A DNA stretch of 64,000 nucleotides from Eledone cirrhosa. Lineage: Eukaryota. The notes below the pieces were generated by a model, which worked only from the letters and a program-made list of their open reading frames with translations, had not been told where the DNA came from and did not search any database. A program made the translations under genes and the position numbers. Positions 56,201 through 64,000 of the stretch are shown here, piece after piece. The stretch covers positions 375,906,001 to 375,970,000 of the forward strand of contig OZ024742.1 of assembly GCA_964016885.1 (NCBI GenBank), given 5' to 3'. The number at the start of each line of letters is the position of its first letter. Positions within the stretch are counted from its first letter, which is position 1.

Positions 56201-59200
56201 GGTTACATAAAACTAGATGGAGAACAACTGGTATTGACACTAGTACCAACCTAGTAAACACTAGCTCTGGTTATATAAAACTAGATGAGGAACAACTGGT
56301 ATTGACACTAATACCAACCTAGTAAACATCAGCTCTGGTTATATAAAACTAATTAGAGTACAACTGGTATTGACACTAGTACCAACCTAGTATACACCAG
56401 CTCTGGTTATATAAAACTAGACGGAGAACAACTGGTATTGACACTAGTACCAACCTAGTAAACACCAGCTCTGGTTATATAAAACTAGATAGACAACTGG
56501 TATTGAAACTAGTACCAATCTAGTAAACACAAGCTCTGGTAATATAAAACTAGATAGAGAACAACTGGTATTGAGACTAGTACCAACCTAGTAAACACCA
56601 GCTCTGGTTATATAAAACTAGATAGAGAACAACTGGTATTGACACTAGTACCAACCTAGTAAACACCAGCTCTGGTTATATAAAACTAGATTAGGAACAA
56701 CTGGTATTGACACTAGTACCAACCTAGTAAACACCAGCTCTGATTATATAAAACTAGATAGAGAACAACTGGTATTGACACTAGTACCAACCTAGTAAAC
56801 ACCAGCTCTGGTTATATAAAACTAGATGGAGAACAACTCGTATTGACACTAGTACCAACCTAGTAAACACCAGCTCTGGTTATATAAAACTAGATAGAGA
56901 ACAAGTGGTATTGACACTAGTCGCAACCTGGTAAACACCAGCTCTTGTTATATAAAACTAGATAGGGAACAACTGGTATTGACACTAGTACCAACCTAGT
57001 AAACACTAGCTCTGGTTATATAAAACTAGATAGAGAACAACAGGTATTGACACTAGTACCAACCTAGTAAACACCAGCTCTGGTTATATAAAACTAGGGA
57101 GAGAACTGGTATAGACACTACTACCAACCTAGTAAACACCAGCTCTGGTTATATAAAAGTAGATAGAGAACAATGGTATTGACACTAGTACCAACCTAGT
57201 AAACACCAGCTCTGGTTATATGCAACTAGATAGAGAACAACTGGTATTGACACTAGGACCAACCTAGTAAACACCAGCTCTGGTTATATAAAACTAGATA
57301 GAGAACAACTGGTATTGACACTAGTACCAACCTAGTAAACACCAGCTCTGGTTATATAAAACTAGATAGACAACTGGTATTGACACTAGTACCAACCTAG
57401 TAAACACCAGTTCTGGTTCTATAAAACTAGATAGACAACTGGTATTGACACTAGTACCAACCTAGTAAACACCAGCCCTGGTAATATAAAACTAGATAGA
57501 GAACAACTGGTATTGACACTAGTACCAACCTAGTAAACACCAGCTCTGGTTATATAAAACTAGGGAGAGAACTGATATACACACTAGTATCAACCTAGTA
57601 AACACCAGCTCTGGTTATATAAAACTAGATAGAGAACAACTGGTATTGACACTAGTACCAACCTAGTAAACACCAGCTCTGGTTATATAAAACTAGATAG
57701 AGAACAACTGGTATTGACACTAGTACCAACCTAGTAAACACCAGCTCTGGTTATATAAAACTAGATGGAGAATAACTCGTATTGACACTAGTACCAACCT
57801 AATAAACACCAGCTCTGGTTATATAAAACTAGATAGAGAACAACTGGTATTGACACTAGTACCAACCTGGTAAACACCAGCTCTTGTTATATGAAATTAG
57901 ATGGAGAACAATTGGTATTGACACTAGTACCAACATAGTAAACACCAGCTCTGGTTATATAAAACTAGATAGAGAACAACTGGTATTGAGACTAGTACCA
58001 ACCTAGTAAACACCAGCTCTGGTTATATAAAACTAGATAGAGAACTGGTATTGACACTAGTACCAACCTAGTAAACACCAGCTCTGGTTATATAAAACTA
58101 GATAGAGAACTGGTATTGAGACTAGTACCAACCTAGTAAACACCATCCCTGGTAATATAAAACTAGATAGAGAACAACTGGTATTGAAACTAGTACCAAT
58201 CTAGTAAACACAAGCTCTGGTAATGTAAAATTAGATAGAGAACAACTGGTATTGAGACTAGTACCAACCTAGTAAACACCAGCTCTGGTTATATAAAACT
58301 AGATGGAGAACAACTGGTATTGACACTAGTACCAATCTAGTAAACACCAGCTCTGGTTATATAAAACTAGATAGAGAACAACTGGTATTGACACTAGTAC
58401 CAACCTAGTAAACACCAGCTCTGGTTATATAAAACTAGATAGACAACTGGTATTGACACTAGTACCAACCTAGTAAACACTAGCTCTGGTTATATAAAAC
58501 TAGATGAGGAACAACTGGTATTGACATTAGTACTAATCTAGTAAACACCAGCCCTGGTAATATAAAACTAGATGGAGAACAACAGGTATTGACACTAGTA
58601 CCAACCTGGTAAACACAAGCTCTGGTTATATAAAACTAGATAGAGAACAACTGGTATTGACACTAGTATCAACCTAGTAAACACCAGCTCTGGTTATATA
58701 AAACTAAATAGAGTACATCTGGTATTGACACTAGTACCAACCTAGTATACACCAGCTCTGGTTATATAAAACTAGATAGAGAACAACTGGTATTGACACT
58801 AGTACCAACCTAGTAAACACCAGCTCTTGTTATATAAAACTGGATAGAGAACAACTGGTATTGACACTAATACCAACCTAGTAAACACTAGCTCTGGTTA
58901 TATAAAACTAGATGACGAACAACTGGTATTGACACTAGTACCAACCTAATAAACACCAGCTCTGGTTATATAAAAATAATTAGAGTACAACTGGATTTGA
59001 CATTAGTACCAACCTAGTATACACCAGCTCTGGTTATATAAAACTAGATAGAGAACTGGTATTGACACTAGTACCAACCTAGTAAACACCAGCTCTGGTT
59101 ATATAAAACTAGATAGAGAACTGGTATTGAGACTAGTACCAACCTAGTAAACACCAGCTCTGGTTATATAAAACTAGATGGAGAACAACTGGTATTGACA

Positions 59201-59460
59201 CTAGTACCAACCTAGTAAACACCAGCTCTGGTTATATAAAACTAGATAGAGAACTGGTATTGACACTAGTACCAACCTAGTAAACACCATCCCTGGTAAT
59301 ATAAAACTACATAGAGAACAACTGGTATTGAAACTAGTACCAATCTAGTAAACACAAGCTCTGGTAATGTAAAACTAGATAGAGAACAACTGGTATTGAG
59401 ACTAGTACCAACCTAGTAAACAACAGCTCTGGTTACATAAAACTAGATGGAGAACAACTG
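53260..59460 (+). repeat. Tandem block duplication, offset 2961 rising to 3230 bp through whole-monomer indels
   Basis: TAGGAAC 53731/56692, TCTGGTTCTA 54451/57412, ATAACTCGT 54811/57772, CGAAC 55751/58916, GGTTACATAA 56201/59431. Confidence 0.85.
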
Positions 59461-59760
59461 GTATTGACACTAGTACCAATCTAGTAAACACCAGCTCTGG
59501 TTATATAAAACTAGATGGAGAACAACTGGTATAGACACTAGTACCAACCTAGTAAACACCAGCTCTGGTTAAATAAAATTAGATGGAGAACAATTGGTAT
59601 TGACACTAGTACCAACCTAGTAAACACAAGCTCTGGTTATATAAAACTAGATAGAAAACTGGTATTGACACTAGTACCAACCTAGTAAACACCAGCTCTG
59701 GTTATATAAAATTAGATGGAGAACAATTGGTATTGACACTAGTACCAACCTAGTAAACAC

Positions 59761-62700
59761 CAGCTCTGGTTATATAAAACTAAATAGAGTACATCTGGTA
59801 TTGACACTAGTACCAATCTAGTAAACACCAGCTCTGGTTATATAAAACTAGATGGAGAACAACTGGTATAGACACTAGTACCAACTTAGTAAACACCAGC
59901 TCTGGTTAAATAAAATTAGATGGAGAACAATTGGTATTGACACTAGTACCAATCTAGTAAACACAAGCTCTGGTAATATAAAACTAGATAGAGAACAACT
60001 GGTATTGAGACTAGAACCAACCTAGTAAACACCAGCTCTGGTTATATAAAACTAGATAGAGAACAACTGGTATTGACACTAGTACCAACCTAGTAAACAC
60101 CAGCTCTGGTTATATAAAACTAGATAGACAACTGGTATTGACACTAGTACCAACCTAGTAAACACCAGCTCTGGTAATATAAAACTAGATAGACAACTGG
60201 TATTGACACTAGGACCAACCTAGTAAACACCAGCTCTGGTTATATAAAATTAGATGGAGAACAATTGGTATTGACACTAGTACCAACCTAGTAAACACCA
60301 GCCCTGGTAATATAAAACTAGATAGAGAACAACTGGTATTGACACTAGTACCAACCTAGTAAACACCAGCTCTGGTTATATAAAACTAGGGAGAGAACTG
60401 GTATAGACACTAGTACCAACCTAGTAAACACCAGCTCTGGTTATATAAAATTAGATAGAGAACAACTGGTATTGACACTAGTACCAACCTAGTAAACACC
60501 AGCTCTGGTCATATAAAACTAGATAGAGAACAACTGGTATTGACACTAATACCAACCTGGTACACACCAGCTCTGGTTATATAAAACTAGATAGAGAACA
60601 ACTGGTATTGACACTAGTACCAACCTAGTAAACACCAGCTCTGGTTATATAAAACTAGATAGAGAACAACTGGTATTGACACTAGTACCAACCTAGTAAA
60701 CACTAGCTCTGGTTATATAAAACTAGATAGAGAACAACAGGTATTGACACTAGTACCAACCTAGTAAACACCAGCTCTGGTTATATACAACTAGGGAGAG
60801 AACTGGTATAGACACTACTACCAACCTAGTAAACACCAGCTCTGGTTATATAAAAGTAGATAGAGAACAATTGTATTGACACTAGTACCAACCTAGTAAA
60901 CACCAGCTCTGGTTATATAAAACTAGATAGACAACTGGTATTGACACTAGTACCAACTTAGTAAACACCAGTTCTGGTTATATAAAACTAGATAGACAAC
61001 TGGTATTGACACTAGTACCAACCTAGTAAACACCAGCCCTGGTAATATAAAACTAGATAGAGAACAACTGGTATTGACACTAGTACCAACCTAGTAAACA
61101 CCAGCTCTGGTTATATAAAACTAGATAGAGAACAACTGGTATTGACACTAGTACCAACCTAGTAAACACCAGCTCTGGTTATATAAAACTAGATAGACAA
61201 CTGGTATTGACACTAGTACCACCCTAGTAAACACTAGCTCTGGTTATATAAAACTAGATGAGGAACAACTGGTATTGACACTAGTACTAATCTAGTAAAC
61301 ACCAGCCCTGGTAATATAAAACTAGATGGAGAACAACAGGTATTGACACTAGTACCAACCTAGTAAACACCAGCTCTGGTTATATAAAACTAGATAGACA
61401 ACTGGTATTGACACTAGTATCAACCTAGTAAACACCAGCTCTGGTTATATAAAACTAAATAGAGTACATCTGGTATTGACACTAGTACCAACCTAGTATA
61501 CACCAGCTCTGGTTGTATAAAACTAGATAGAGAACAACTGGTATTGACACTAGTACCAACCTAGTAAACACCAGCTCTTGTTATATAAAACTAGATAGAG
61601 AACAACTGGTATAGACACTAGTACCAACCTAGTAAACACTAGCTCTGGTTATATAAAACTAGATGAGGAACAACTGGTATTGACACTAGTACCAACCTAA
61701 TAAACACCAGCTCTGGTTATATAAAACTAATTAGAGTACAACTGGATTTGACCCTAGTACCAACCTAGTATACACCAGCTCTGGTTATATAAAACTAGAC
61801 AGAGAACAACTGGTATTGACACTAGTACCAACCTAGTAAACACCAGCTCTGGTTATATACAACTAGATAGAGAACTGGTATTGACACTAGTACCAACCTA
61901 GTAAACACCAGCTCTGGTTATATAAAACTAGATAGAGAACTGGTATTGAGACTAGTACCAACCTAGTAAACACCATCCCTGGTAATATAAAACTACATAG
62001 AGAACAACTGGTATTGAAACTAGTACCAATCTAGTAAACACAAGCTCTGGTAATGTAAAACTAGATAGAGAACAACTGGTATTGAGACTAGTACCAACCT
62101 AGTAAACAACAGCTCTGGTTATATAAAACTAAATAGAGTACATCTGGTATTGACACTAGTACCAATCTAGTAAACACCAGCTCTGGTTATATAAAACTAG
62201 ATGGAGAACAACTGGTATAGACACTAGTACCAACCTAGTAAACACCAGCTCTGGTTAAATAAAATTAGATGGAGAACAATTGGTATTGACACTAGTACCA
62301 ATCTAGTAAACACAAGCTCTGGTAATATAAAACTAGATAGAGAACAACTGGTATTGAGACTAGAACCAACCTAGTAAACACCAGCTCTGGTTATATAAAA
62401 CTAGATAGAGAACAACTGGTATTGACACTAGTACCAACCTAGTAAACACCAGCTCTGGTTATATAAAACTAGATAGACAACTGGTATTGACACTAGTACC
62501 AACCTAGTAAACACCAGCTCTGGTAATATAAAACTAGATAGACAACTGGTATTGACACTAGGACCAACCTAGTAAACACCAGCTCTGGTTATATAAAATT
62601 AGATGGAGAACAATTGGTATTGACACTAGTACCAACCTAGTAAACACCAGCCCTGGTAATATAAAACTAGATAGAGAACAACTGGTATTGACACTAGTAC

Positions 62701-64000
62701 CAACCTAGTAAACACCAGCTCTGGTTATATAAAACTAGGGAGAGAACTGGTATAGACACTAGTACCAACCTAGTAAACACCAGCTCTGGTTATATAAAAT
62801 TAGATAGAGAACAACTGGTATTGACACTAGTACCAACCTAGTAAACACCAGCTCTGGTCATATAAAACTAGATAGAGAACAACTGGTATTGACACTAATA
62901 CCAACCTGGTACACACCAGCTCTGGTTATATAAAACTAGATAGAGAACAACTGGTATTGACACTAGTACCAACCTAGTAAACACCAGCTCTGGTTATATA
63001 AAACTAGATAGAGAACAACTGGTATTGACACTAGTACCAACCTAGTAAACACTAGCTCTGGTTATATAAAACTAGATAGAGAACAACAGGTATTGACACT
63101 AGTACCAACCTAGTAAACACCAGCTCTGGTTATATACAACTAGGGAGAGAACTGGTATAGACACTACTACCAACCTAGTAAACACCAGCTCTGGTTATAT
63201 AAAAGTAGATAGAGAACAATGGTATTGACACTAGTACCAACCTAGTAAACACCAGCTCTGGTTATATAAAACTAGATAGACAACTGGTATTGACACTAGT
63301 ACCAACTTAGTAAACACCAGTTCTGGTTATATAAAACTAGATAGACAACTGGTATTGACACTAGTACCAACCTAGTAAACACCAGCCCTGGTAATATAAA
63401 ACTAGATAGAGAACAACTGGTATTGACACTAGTACCAACCTAGTAAACACCAGCTCTGGTTATATAAAACTAGATAGAGAACAACTGGTATTGACACTAG
63501 TACCAACCTAGTAAACACCAGCTCTGGTTATATAAAACTAGATAGACAACTGGTATTGACACTAGTACCACCCTAGTAAACACTAGCTCTGGTTATATAA
63601 AACTAGATGAGGAACAACTGGTATTGACACTAGTACTAATCTAGTAAACACCAGCCCTGGTAATATAAAACTAGATGGAGAACAACAGGTATTGACACTA
63701 GTACCAACCTAGTAAACACCAGCTCTGGTTATATAAAACTAGATAGACAACTGGTATTGACACTAGTATCAACCTAGTAAACACCAGCTCTGGTTATATA
63801 AAACTAAATAGAGTACATCTGGTATTGACACTAGTACCAACCTAGTATACACCAGCTCTGGTTGTATAAAACTAGATAGAGAACAACTGGTATTGACACT
63901 AGTACCAACCTAGTAAACACCAGCTCTTGTTATATAAAACTAGATAGAGAACAACTGGTATAGACACTAGTACCAACCTAGTAAACACTAGCTCTGGTTA
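59761..64000 (+). repeat. Tandem block duplication, period 2349 bp (~35 monomers), second copy truncated by the window edge
   Basis: CTAGAACCAA 60011/62360, ACCCTAGT 61221/63570, GGTTGTATAA 61511/63860. Confidence 0.9.

Larger units (their letters stand above)
1202..64000. repeat. Tandem array B: 68-bp satellite, roughly 930 head-to-tail copies, continues past the right window edge
   Basis: CAACTGG starts at 5283 and 5351 give a 68-bp period. Length variants are 65 bp (GATAGACAAC; GGGAGAGAACTGG), 64 bp (GGGAGAGACTGG), 67 bp (AACAATGG), 69 bp (ACTAAGCT) and 66 bp (AAACTAGCT). I saw no inversion or foreign insertion. Copy number is estimated as length divided by ~67.5. Confidence 0.99.

Noticed and set aside
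1204-64000. CRISPR array (period ~65-68 bp, palindromic segments)
   Set aside because: The period is CRISPR-like, but there are no unique spacers. The whole monomer is repeated, and no cas genes or leader are present.
1204-64000. TATA box (TATATAAAA) or -35-like TTGACA in nearly every monomer as promoters
   Set aside because: These are short motifs in AT-rich repeat with no downstream gene, and TTGACA lies ~32 bp from the TATA-like motif instead of ~17 bp. Transcription cannot be judged from sequence alone.

Overview
The window is entirely non-coding tandem repeat (satellite-type) DNA. I find no credible gene, RNA gene, transposon or CRISPR array. Array A (1-~1203, open at the left edge) is about 25 copies of a 48-bp G/T-rich monomer, GTGTATGGGGTGTATTTTATCATGATACCAGCATTAATACTTTACTGA. 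Array B (~1202-64000, open at the right edge) is roughly 930 head-to-tail copies of a 68-bp A/C-rich monomer, CAACTGGTATTGACACTAGTACCAACCTAGTAAACACCAGCTCTGGTTATATAAAACTAGATAGAGAA, with 64-69 bp length variants. The two arrays meet at a sharp junction with no spacer DNA, and they appear weakly related in inverted orientation. Array B monomer variants recur in conserved orders, like a shuffled higher-order repeat, overlaid by recent kb-scale duplications with offsets of 4458, 2642, 6274, 1553, 3836, 2961 and 2349 bp, read by eye from rare SNPs. Scale and composition suggest a eukaryotic genome, but I cannot name the organism or the satellite family, and any function is inference. All five supplied ORFs are translations of the repeats. 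Block boundaries are approximate, to about one monomer.
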